Shown piece after piece: positions 43,111-50,603 of a DNA stretch of 64,000 bases; the stretch's first letter is position 1; each line of letters opens with the position of its first letter. The stretch covers positions 4,592-68,591 of the forward strand of contig CAISJV010000052.1 in NCBI GenBank assembly GCA_903885795.1. The letters are read 5' to 3'. A program made the position numbers and the translations under genes. The stretch is from an uncultured delta proteobacterium (GTDB lineage Bacteria > Desulfobacterota > Syntrophia > Syntrophales > UBA8958). Under the pieces are notes generated by a model, which was not told the origin of the DNA, made no database searches, and saw only the letters and a list, made by a program, of their open reading frames with translations.

Positions 43111-43132
43111 TCCGGCTCATTTCCACTATGAA
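43104..43132 (+). promoter_or_regulatory. Sigma70-like bioB promoter
   Basis: TTGACA-17 nt-TATGAA. It is near-identical (-35, 14/17 of the spacer, TAT) to the module at 49195-49223. Confidence 0.5.
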
Positions 43133-43160
43133 CCTCCCCGTTCCGGGGAGGTTTTTTATT
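43131..43160 (+). terminator. Terminator-like hairpin overlapping the bioB -10 box, SD and start codon
   Basis: AACCTCCCC-gttcc-GGGGAGGTT followed by TTTTATT. The 3' arm contains the bioB SD (GGGGAGG). Confidence 0.5.
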
Positions 43161-44208
43161 GGCGATCATTGAACAACTAAAGAACAAGTCCATAAAAAAC
43201 AAGGGGCTTGGCGAGGGAGACGCCTGGCGGCTCTGTGAAGAGGGGAGTCTGAATCCCTTCGGCCTCATGGCGGCGGCCTCAGAGATTCGCGATCACTTCC
43301 GGGGGAAGGCGATCTCCTTTTGCGGAATCGTCAACGCCAAATCCGGGAGATGTTCGGAAGACTGCGCCTTCTGTGCCCAGTCTGGTCACTACAAAACAAA
43401 GATTCAGGCCTACCCCCTCAAAAAGGCTAATGATATCATTGCGGCGGCGCAACAGGCCAGGTCCGCAGGGGCGGAAATGTTCGGCGTCGTCACCAGCGGC
43501 AAGGGAATCAAGTCTAAAAAGGAATGGGCGGAAATATTCAGGGCCATTGAAGGCATCCGCAGCTTGGGCGTCATGCCCTGCGCCTCCCTGGGCATCATTT
43601 CCGGGGAACGGGCAAGGTCATTGAAAGACGCCGGCCTTTTCCGCTATCACCACAATCTCGAAACCTCCCGGAGCTATTTCCCAAATATTTGTACGACCCA
43701 CGAATATGACGAAGATGTGGAGACGGTCCGCACCGCTATCAATGCCGGGCTTTCCGTATGCTCCGGGGGCCTGATCGGGCTGGGAGAAGGGATGAGCCAC
43801 CGGATTGAACTGGCTCTTACCTTGAGGGAACTGGGTGTCGATTCCGTTCCGATCAATATCCTCAATCCGATCAAGGGAACCCCGTTGGGTGGACGGCCGC
43901 CGCTGCCCCCCCTGGAAATTCTCATTACGATTGCCGTCTTTCGCTTTCTCCTTCCCGACCGGGACATCAGGCTCTGCGGCGGCAAAGAAAAATCGCTGCG
44001 CCAGTTGCTGCCCCTGGCAGTGGTTGCCGGTTGTAACGCCTTCATGACCGGCCATTACCTGACCACGCCGGGAAGAGACCCCGAACTCGATGTGGAGATG
44101 ATCAGGGATCTGGGGTTCATGCCGACGCGGGAACCCCAGCATGTCTGTAAGTGTTCGGCAGGTTGTCATCTGGAGGATAAGGAAATTGAAAAAGATACCT
44201 GTTCTTAA
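43159..44208 (+). CDS. bioB: Biotin synthase
   Basis: Radical SAM CSEDCAFCAQS, ...GVVTSG..., ...YHHNLETS... The start is TTG. Confidence 0.9.
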   Translation: MAIIEQLKNKSIKNKGLGEGDAWRLCEEGSLNPFGLMAAASEIRDHFRGKAISFCGIVNAKSGRCSEDCAFCAQSGHYKTKIQAYPLKKANDIIAAAQQARSAGAEMFGVVTSGKGIKSKKEWAEIFRAIEGIRSLGVMPCASLGIISGERARSLKDAGLFRYHHNLETSRSYFPNICTTHEYDEDVETVRTAINAGLSVCSGGLIGLGEGMSHRIELALTLRELGVDSVPINILNPIKGTPLGGRPPLPPLEILITIAVFRFLLPDRDIRLCGGKEKSLRQLLPLAVVAGCNAFMTGHYLTTPGRDPELDVEMIRDLGFMPTREPQHVCKCSAGCHLEDKEIEKDTCS

Positions 44209-45181
44209 GACGGCAGAGCTGATTCTGAATCATTTGAAGCTGGCTCAGGGGAAATGGATTTCCGGTGAGGCCCTGAGCTGTCAGCTTCAGGTGAGCCGCA
44301 CCGCCGTCTGGAAGCATATCTGCGCCCTGAAAACGGAGGGATACCAAATCGATTCTGCAACGCGGAGGGGGTATCTTCTGCGCGAGATCCCCGACCTGCT
44401 CCGGCCCCAGGAACTCCGGGAAGGATTGAAAACCGTCTGCATCGGCCAGGGGGAAATCCGGTATTTCGAACGAACGGACTCCACAAACCTGCGGGCCAAG
44501 GCCATGGCGGCCGACGGCGCTCCCGAGGGAACCCTGGTCATTGCCGAGGAACAGACCCAGGGCCGGGGCAGACGGGGAAGGAACTGGTTTTCACCGCCCG
44601 GCGCGGGCATCTATCTGTCCCTGATTATGCGGCCCGACATCCTGCCCCAGGAGGCACCCCGCTTTGCCCTGCTGACCGCTGCGGCTGTCGCCGAGGCCGT
44701 CCGGGAAATCACCGCGCTGGAGACAAGGATCAAGTGGCCGAATGACATTCTGGTCGGCGGCAGAAAGCTGGGGGGGATACTGACCGAGGTCAGCATGGAA
44801 ATGGATAAAGTGGAGTATATGATCGTCGGTCTGGGCCTCAATGTCAACCTTGCCCGGGAGGCCTTTCCCTCTGACCTTCAGGAAATTGGAACGAGCATCC
44901 AGATGGAGATGGGCCGGCACTTGCACAGGCTTCCCCTGGTGAGGCGTATTATCGAGAGGTTTGAAGAAACATACCAGGGGTATCAACGGCACGGGTTTGC
45001 CCCGATTCGCAAGCGCTGGCAGGACTTTACGGATATGATCGGGCGGACGGTGGAGGTGGATACCATGGGACGCCGGTTGACCGGGGAGGTGCTGGATTTT
45101 GATGAAGACGGATACCTGGTGGTCCGGGAGCATAACGGAGTCCCGGTGCGACTTTTCTCCGGCGACGTGAGCTTTATTTGA
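44186..45181 (+). CDS. birA: Bifunctional biotin-[acetyl-CoA-carboxylase] ligase / biotin operon repressor
   Basis: N-terminal wHTH (...WISGEALSCQLQVSRTAVWKHICALKTEGYQI...). Ligase core ...QTQGRGRRGRNWFSP.G.G... and ...KWPNDIL..GRKLGGIL.E. TTG start with GGAGGA upstream. It overlaps bioB by 23 nt. Confidence 0.9.
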   Translation: MKKIPVLKTAELILNHLKLAQGKWISGEALSCQLQVSRTAVWKHICALKTEGYQIDSATRRGYLLREIPDLLRPQELREGLKTVCIGQGEIRYFERTDSTNLRAKAMAADGAPEGTLVIAEEQTQGRGRRGRNWFSPPGAGIYLSLIMRPDILPQEAPRFALLTAAAVAEAVREITALETRIKWPNDILVGGRKLGGILTEVSMEMDKVEYMIVGLGLNVNLAREAFPSDLQEIGTSIQMEMGRHLHRLPLVRRIIERFEETYQGYQRHGFAPIRKRWQDFTDMIGRTVEVDTMGRRLTGEVLDFDEDGYLVVREHNGVPVRLFSGDVSFI

Positions 45182-45261
45182 CGATTGAAAATTGAAAACC
45201 GTTTTTTCGATTTTTTCCGTGATCAACTTGCTTGACAGGCAAAAGGTAAAGAGGGAGTGGG

Positions 45262-45804
45262 ATGTTGAGAAAAGACAAGGAAACTTCGCTGCGCGGGATG
45301 GCCTATGCCTCCATGTTCGGGGCCTTGACGGCAGCGGGGGCCTATATAATGATCCCTTTGCCCCCGGTACCCATTACCATGCAGACCTTCTTCGTGTCCC
45401 TGGCCGGCGCCCTGCTGGGGGGATACCTGGGGGCGATGAGCCAGGTGGTCTACATCCTTCTCGGCGTAATCGGCCTCCCCGTTTTTGCCGGCGGTAAGGC
45501 AGGGGCAGGGGTCTTGTTAGGACCGACGGGGGGATACCTGATCGGATTCGTCGTCGGAGCTTATGTCATCGGCAGGATGGTCTCCCTCAAGAAGCGCGCC
45601 GGTTTTCTATGGCTGCTCCTCGCCATGCTGGTTGGTCATATCTTTATTTACGTCCTCGGCATTGCCCAGTTGATGGTTGTGGCGAAACTGGATCTTGCCA
45701 AGGCAATTGCCGTGGGTCTGGTGCCGACCATTCCCGGAGGCATCGTGAAGATTGTCGCGGCGGCGCTGATCTGCCTCAAGGTGAGAGACCATATGAAACT
45801 TTAA
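45262..45804 (+). CDS. bioY: Biotin transporter S-component
   Basis: ...ALTAAGAYI.IPL.PVPITMQTFFV.LAG.LLG..., ...GPTGGYLIGF... are BioY signatures. Confidence 0.9.
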   Translation: MLRKDKETSLRGMAYASMFGALTAAGAYIMIPLPPVPITMQTFFVSLAGALLGGYLGAMSQVVYILLGVIGLPVFAGGKAGAGVLLGPTGGYLIGFVVGAYVIGRMVSLKKRAGFLWLLLAMLVGHIFIYVLGIAQLMVVAKLDLAKAIAVGLVPTIPGGIVKIVAAALICLKVRDHMKL

Positions 45805-45830
45805 TGAATTCTTATTTCGCGGGAATGACA

Positions 45831-45866
45831 GGATTTTTAACTTTTTGCGAATGCGTCAACTTTGAT
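45831..45866 (+). repeat. Conserved ~35-nt intergenic motif (copy 1) upstream of the ecfA RBS
   Basis: ggatttttaactttttgcgaatgcgtcaactttgat aligns with the reverse complement of 60252-60290 (ctatattttgactttttacgggttcatcaagattga). Both are followed by TAAAG + SD + start. Confidence 0.6.
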
Positions 45867-45885
45867 ATTAAAGAAGGTTATTTCT

Positions 45886-46746
45886 ATGATCACATTTAAA
45901 GACGTCTCCTATCAATACAGCGAAAAGACGCCTCCCGTTCTGGAAAGCATGGATCTCCAGATTCCGGATGGTCAGTATGTGGCCCTGATCGGCCCCAACG
46001 GCTGCGGCAAGACCACCCTGATCAAACATCTCAATGCACTCCTGATTCCTTCCCGGGGCGAGGTCCGGATCAACGGTATGAATACGCGCGAGACGTCCTG
46101 TCATCGGGATATCCGCTGTGTGGTCGGGATGGTCTTTCAGAATCCCGACCACCAGATTGTGGGGATGTCGGTGGAGGAGGATGTCGCTTTCGGTCTGGAG
46201 AATCTGGCCGTGCCGTCGCAAGAGATTTCCCCCCTTGTCCGGAACGCCCTGTACCGGGTCGGGATGGAGGGTTTTGAAAAACGCGCTCCCTTTAGCCTCT
46301 CGGGCGGGGAAAAAAGACTCGCCTCTATTGCGGGCGTCCTGATCATGAATCCCCGGTATCTGGCTTTAGACGAACCCACGGCCTATCTTGATCCGGCGGG
46401 AAGGCGGCGAATTCTCGGGATGATCAGGCAGCTTCACCGGGAGGGGATGGGCATTATCCATGTCACCCACGACATCGGAGAGGTCGCCGATGCCGACCGG
46501 ATTATCGTGATGGAACGGGGAGCAATCATTATGGATGGTTCTCCCGCCGAGGTTTGCGCCTTCCTCATTTCCCGGGATAATCCGGGTCTGGAAGCGCCGA
46601 CTATGGCCGCTTTGATGGCGAAACTCAAAGAGTCGGGATGGGACTTGCCGACGAATATCATTTCCGTGGAGGACGCCCACAAAGAAATCCATTCCTGCCT
46701 GACACGAACGGCAGGAAATCAACAAATGGAGCACGGAAGAATTTAA
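45886..46746 (+). CDS. ecfA: Energy-coupling factor transporter ATPase (BioM/CbiO type)
   Basis: Walker A GPNGCGKTT, LSGGEKRL, Walker B YLALDEPTAYLD. Confidence 0.9.
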   Translation: MITFKDVSYQYSEKTPPVLESMDLQIPDGQYVALIGPNGCGKTTLIKHLNALLIPSRGEVRINGMNTRETSCHRDIRCVVGMVFQNPDHQIVGMSVEEDVAFGLENLAVPSQEISPLVRNALYRVGMEGFEKRAPFSLSGGEKRLASIAGVLIMNPRYLALDEPTAYLDPAGRRRILGMIRQLHREGMGIIHVTHDIGEVADADRIIVMERGAIIMDGSPAEVCAFLISRDNPGLEAPTMAALMAKLKESGWDLPTNIISVEDAHKEIHSCLTRTAGNQQMEHGRI

Positions 46747-47546
46747 TGCAAAACTTCAACTTTGGTCAGTTTACCGCCGATGCTTCCCCCCTTCGGCATG
46801 TCGATCCCCGGGTGAAGATCCTTGCAGGGGCTGTCCTCAGCATCCTGATCTTTCAGGCTACGCCCGGCGAGATCGTTATGATCAGCTTGTTTATGGGGCT
46901 GGTAATTCTGATTTCCAGGGTGAGTCTACAAGAGATCGGCAGGGCACTGAAACCGATTGCCGTTTTTGCCGCGCTGCTGTTCCTGCTCCATCTTTTCTTT
47001 ACTGAAGGTCGGGATATTGTTTCCATACCCCTGCTGCCGGTGCGAATTACCTACGAAGGCCTTGAAAACGGCTTTCTCGTCGTCTGGCAGTTTGCCGCCC
47101 TGGTCACCGCCGGAGCCCTGTTGACCATGACCACCCCGCCCTCGACGCTGGTGGCGGCCTTGGAAAAGCTCCTCAGACCATTGAAAATATTGCGGGTTCC
47201 CACCCAGGACCTGGCTGTTATGGTTTCCATGGCCCTGCGTTTTGTCCCGACTTTTTCGGAAGAGTACAACCGGATGAAAACGGCGCGCATTGCCCGGGGG
47301 GGCGATCTGAAAGGAAAAGGTTTGTTCCGTAAGCTGAAGACGGCCATTTCCATTGTTGTGCCACTTATCCTCAGCGCTTTCCGCAGGGCCGATGATCTGG
47401 CCGCGGCCATGGAGGCCAGGGGTTACGCCCGGGGGCCGAGAACAACCCTCAAAGAACTTCGCATGACCAGGATAGATTTCGCCGCCTTGGCGGTGATGGT
47501 CTCTTTCACAGGTTTAACCGTGATGATCAGATTCATGGATTTTTAA
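46746..47546 (+). CDS. ecfT: Energy-coupling factor transporter transmembrane T-component (BioN/CbiQ type)
   Basis: The ATG overlaps the ecfA stop (TAATG). ...HVDPRVKIL..., ...ARIARGGD..., ...MEARGY... are CbiQ/EcfT motifs. Confidence 0.85.
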   Translation: MQNFNFGQFTADASPLRHVDPRVKILAGAVLSILIFQATPGEIVMISLFMGLVILISRVSLQEIGRALKPIAVFAALLFLLHLFFTEGRDIVSIPLLPVRITYEGLENGFLVVWQFAALVTAGALLTMTTPPSTLVAALEKLLRPLKILRVPTQDLAVMVSMALRFVPTFSEEYNRMKTARIARGGDLKGKGLFRKLKTAISIVVPLILSAFRRADDLAAAMEARGYARGPRTTLKELRMTRIDFAALAVMVSFTGLTVMIRFMDF

Positions 47547-49103
47547 TGCTAACGGGGAAACTTCATAGATCTGCCCGCCTTTAATGACCATTTTCGGATC
47601 CCGGCAGGTCTCGATCCTGACCAAGGGATTCGCACTCAAGACAACCATATCGGCAAGCTTGCCTTTGTCGATCGTCCCGATTTTATCCTCCCTCCGGAGA
47701 ATCTTTGCGTTGTTGATCGTGGCGCACCGGAGCACCTCCTGATTGGAAAAGCCTATCCTTCCGAGCATTTCCATCTCTCGCCATAGCGTTCCATGATAAA
47801 CATAGGGGATACCGGCATCAGTTCCACAGCCGATCACAATCCCGGCCTCTTTCATCTTTAGTAAATTCTTCGGACCATACAGCAGGACATGAAAATAAAA
47901 ATCCGGTTTGGCCATAAATTTGCCGTTTTTATACAAATTGCCGCATCCATATTCCCTGTAATATTGAAGAGCCTCGACATTCTTTTTATGTATCGCCGGT
48001 TCGATATAATGGTCTGGCGTCGAGTCGAGGAACTGCCGCCGGATGGACAATTCACGGTCAATGAAGTCATTCCGGTATTCTTCCGGGATCTTGTCAAAGG
48101 CCTCCGGTGCGGCAAGCATCTGAGCAATGCCCATTGTAGGCACGATGGCAATTTTCTTCTCCGCCATCTCCGCAATTTCCCGATCTGTCAACGACGCATC
48201 GCCAAGGGAATGCTCCATGGAATTGATCCCGTATTTAAGGGCCCGGTCAAACCCGAATTTCGTATGGATGTGACCGGCAACGGGGAGGTTGTTCCGCCGG
48301 GCAAATTCAAAAATTACCTGTAATTCCTCTTCACTGTAAACGGGTATCTCGCCTTTTCCGCACAGCAGGGATTTGTTGTCCATGGTAAGTTTGAGGAAAG
48401 AAGCGCCGTTTTCGAGGCTCCCCTGCATCTTTTCTTTCAGCTCCGGGATGCTCTTAAACCATAAACTGGGATTCCCAGTAAAAGCCATGGCAATTCCGGA
48501 AAAGGCGCTGACGTCGGCAGGATCGAGATCCGGATGCCCGCCATAAACATTCGTAAAGGCATTACAAAAGACAACTCTCGGTCCCGCCAATTCCCCTTTT
48601 TCAATCAATTCAAGGTTTTTATGCAGTAATTTCGGCAGGGCGCCCATGTCCCGGATGGTCGTCACGCCCTGGGAGAGTTGCTGGACATAATTTCTTTTGA
48701 CCTGGCCGAGCATCGTGGGAACGCCAAAGGGGTTGAATTCCGCCTCGCTGGACAGGGTTGAATGGCAATGGGCATCAATCAAACCCGGGATCAGGTATTG
48801 ATTTTTCATATCAATAACGAGGGAGCCTTCCCGGGGCGAAGGAATCCGGTCCGATATGGATTCAATCAGCCCGTTACGGATCGCAATGGTCCGGTCGTGA
48901 TGGACCACCCCCTGAATCACATCGACGATGTTGCAGTGGATCAGCTCCATTGATTTACCCTCGCCGGCGCCGATCGGTTTGTATTTTGGTACCGTCATGC
49001 AGCCGGTCATGGTAGGGAGGGAAAGACAAAGGGCCGATACCGCCGTCAATCGCAGCAGTCCTCTTCTCGTCATCGTCCGGGATTCATTCTGGTCCATGGT
49101 CAT
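47514..49103 (-). CDS. Amidohydrolase-family metallohydrolase, Tat/lipoprotein signal
   Basis: N-terminal TRRGLLRL...LPTMTGC. ...LIPGLIDAHCHS... is the HxH metal motif. The 3' end overlaps ecfT by 33 nt. Confidence 0.8.
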   Translation of the reverse strand: MTMDQNESRTMTRRGLLRLTAVSALCLSLPTMTGCMTVPKYKPIGAGEGKSMELIHCNIVDVIQGVVHHDRTIAIRNGLIESISDRIPSPREGSLVIDMKNQYLIPGLIDAHCHSTLSSEAEFNPFGVPTMLGQVKRNYVQQLSQGVTTIRDMGALPKLLHKNLELIEKGELAGPRVVFCNAFTNVYGGHPDLDPADVSAFSGIAMAFTGNPSLWFKSIPELKEKMQGSLENGASFLKLTMDNKSLLCGKGEIPVYSEEELQVIFEFARRNNLPVAGHIHTKFGFDRALKYGINSMEHSLGDASLTDREIAEMAEKKIAIVPTMGIAQMLAAPEAFDKIPEEYRNDFIDRELSIRRQFLDSTPDHYIEPAIHKKNVEALQYYREYGCGNLYKNGKFMAKPDFYFHVLLYGPKNLLKMKEAGIVIGCGTDAGIPYVYHGTLWREMEMLGRIGFSNQEVLRCATINNAKILRREDKIGTIDKGKLADMVVLSANPLVRIETCRDPKMVIKGGQIYEVSPLALKIHESDHHG

Positions 49104-49194
49104 TTACCCCCTTCAACGATTCGGCATTTATTTATCACGCTTCGCCCTCGCTGTACAGGGCGTTTGCAGTGAACGCGTAATGAGGAGGTCTCCA

Positions 49195-49223
49195 TTGACA
49201 CACCCGCTCATTTCCACTATATT
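49195..49223 (+). promoter_or_regulatory. Sigma70-like promoter module (twin of the bioB promoter)
   Basis: TTGACA-cacccgctcatttccac-TATATT. The ATG at 49233 lies only 9 nt after the -10 box, so the mRNA may be leaderless. Confidence 0.45.
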
Positions 49224-49232
49224 CGCGATCCT

Positions 49233-49874
49233 ATGAAAAAACGACACGACATGGCAAAGGGGGAAGGCATCGGGAAACAATCCTGGAAACCCGGGAATGT
49301 GCTTTCGCCCGTACCGGTGGTGCTGGTTAGTTGCGGCGGGACAAAGGGATGGCAGCCGAACATGATCACCATTGCCTGGGCGGGAAGCGTGTGCAGTGAT
49401 CCGCCCATGCTGTCGATTTCCGTCCGTCCGGAGCGATATTCCTATGAAATCATTCAAGATACCCTTGAATTTGTGGTAAATGTCCCTTCCCTGATCCAGG
49501 CTAAGGCGACGGACTGGTGCGGAATGGTTTCCGGGCGCACTGTTGACAAGTTTGCCGTAACGGGGTTGACACCGGCTGCGGCCTTGAAAGTGGGTTGTCC
49601 GATCGTCCTGGAATGCCCCCTCAACATCGAATGCCGGGTGCAGCAGTCACTAAACCTTGGTTCCCACACGATGTTTGTGGCCGAGGTGATTGCCGTGCAG
49701 GTTTCTTCAAAACTGTTGGATGCGAAGGGACTCCTCCGCCTGGAAAAAGGCGGCTTGCTGGCATTTGCCCACGGTCAATATTTCGCCCTTGGTCGCTGTC
49801 TGGGCCGCTTCGGCTATTCCATCCAGAAACGTCCCAGCCCGGTCCGCCGCTCAGCACCCCCTAAAAGGGGCTGA
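49233..49874 (+). CDS. Flavin reductase-like (FMN-binding split-barrel) protein
   Basis: ...PVPVVLVSCGG....NMITIAWAG...S.PPML.ISVRP.RYSYE.I... is typical of the flavin reductase domain. Confidence 0.8.
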   Translation: MKKRHDMAKGEGIGKQSWKPGNVLSPVPVVLVSCGGTKGWQPNMITIAWAGSVCSDPPMLSISVRPERYSYEIIQDTLEFVVNVPSLIQAKATDWCGMVSGRTVDKFAVTGLTPAAALKVGCPIVLECPLNIECRVQQSLNLGSHTMFVAEVIAVQVSSKLLDAKGLLRLEKGGLLAFAHGQYFALGRCLGRFGYSIQKRPSPVRRSAPPKRG

Positions 49875-49928
49875 CCGAGGTTTGCCAACACAAAGGGAAA
49901 TGAAAGCTAAGCTTAATGTTCATGAACG

Positions 49929-50603
49929 ATGAAAATAGATGATCCCATGATTGTTCCCACACTCCCACATGGGGACGATGGTTATTTTAACACCAGGCGG
50001 GTACTGATCCTGTTCGCCCATCCCCGTTTTGAAAAGTCCCGGGTTAACCGGGCCCTCCTCAGTGCTTTACCCGTGTCTGACGCCATAACGCTTCACGATC
50101 TGTACGAACTGTATCCCGACTACAATATCGATGTCGAAGCGGAAAAGCAATTGCTCCTCACCCATGATATCGTGATCTGGCATCACCCTTTCTACATGTA
50201 CAGCGCCCCGGCTATCCTGAAGCAGTGGATGGATCTGGTGCTGGAATACGGATGGGCCCATGGGGAGGGAGGGGATTTCCTGAAAAATAAAACGGCTTTC
50301 AACGTCATCACGACGGGCGGGACGAGGGAGGCCTATCGTAGCGACGGATTCAACCGCTTTACGATCCGGGAATTCCTCTGCACTTTTGAACAAACGGCGC
50401 GCTTGTGCAAAATGACCTATCTCCCCCCCTTCGCCGTCCAGGGAACCTACCGCTTAACCAATGAGGAACTCGCCCGCCATGCCGCGGACTACGGCTTCCT
50501 CTTGCAGCAATTATCGGTGGGCGCTAACGGTCGCGAAGAAATGGAGCAGTTCAGCTTCCTTAATGACTGGATTGCGACCAGACAAAGGATCCAGACGCCA
50601 TGA
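49929..50603 (+). CDS. kefG: KefG/KefF-type NAD(P)H quinone oxidoreductase (K+ efflux ancillary protein)
   Basis: ...VLILFAHPRFEKSRVNRALL..., ...LHDLYELYPDYNIDV..E..LL..HD.IVW.HP.YMYS.PA.LK.W.D.VL are collinear with my recollection of E. coli KefG. Confidence 0.8.
   Translation: MKIDDPMIVPTLPHGDDGYFNTRRVLILFAHPRFEKSRVNRALLSALPVSDAITLHDLYELYPDYNIDVEAEKQLLLTHDIVIWHHPFYMYSAPAILKQWMDLVLEYGWAHGEGGDFLKNKTAFNVITTGGTREAYRSDGFNRFTIREFLCTFEQTARLCKMTYLPPFAVQGTYRLTNEELARHAADYGFLLQQLSVGANGREEMEQFSFLNDWIATRQRIQTP

Noticed and set aside
45182-45261. Second BirA operator upstream of bioY
   Set aside because: A TTGAAAACC half-site-like sequence is present, but no complementary half-site occurs at the expected 14-15-nt spacing. 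bioY-ecfA-ecfT are more simply explained as co-transcribed with bioB-birA.
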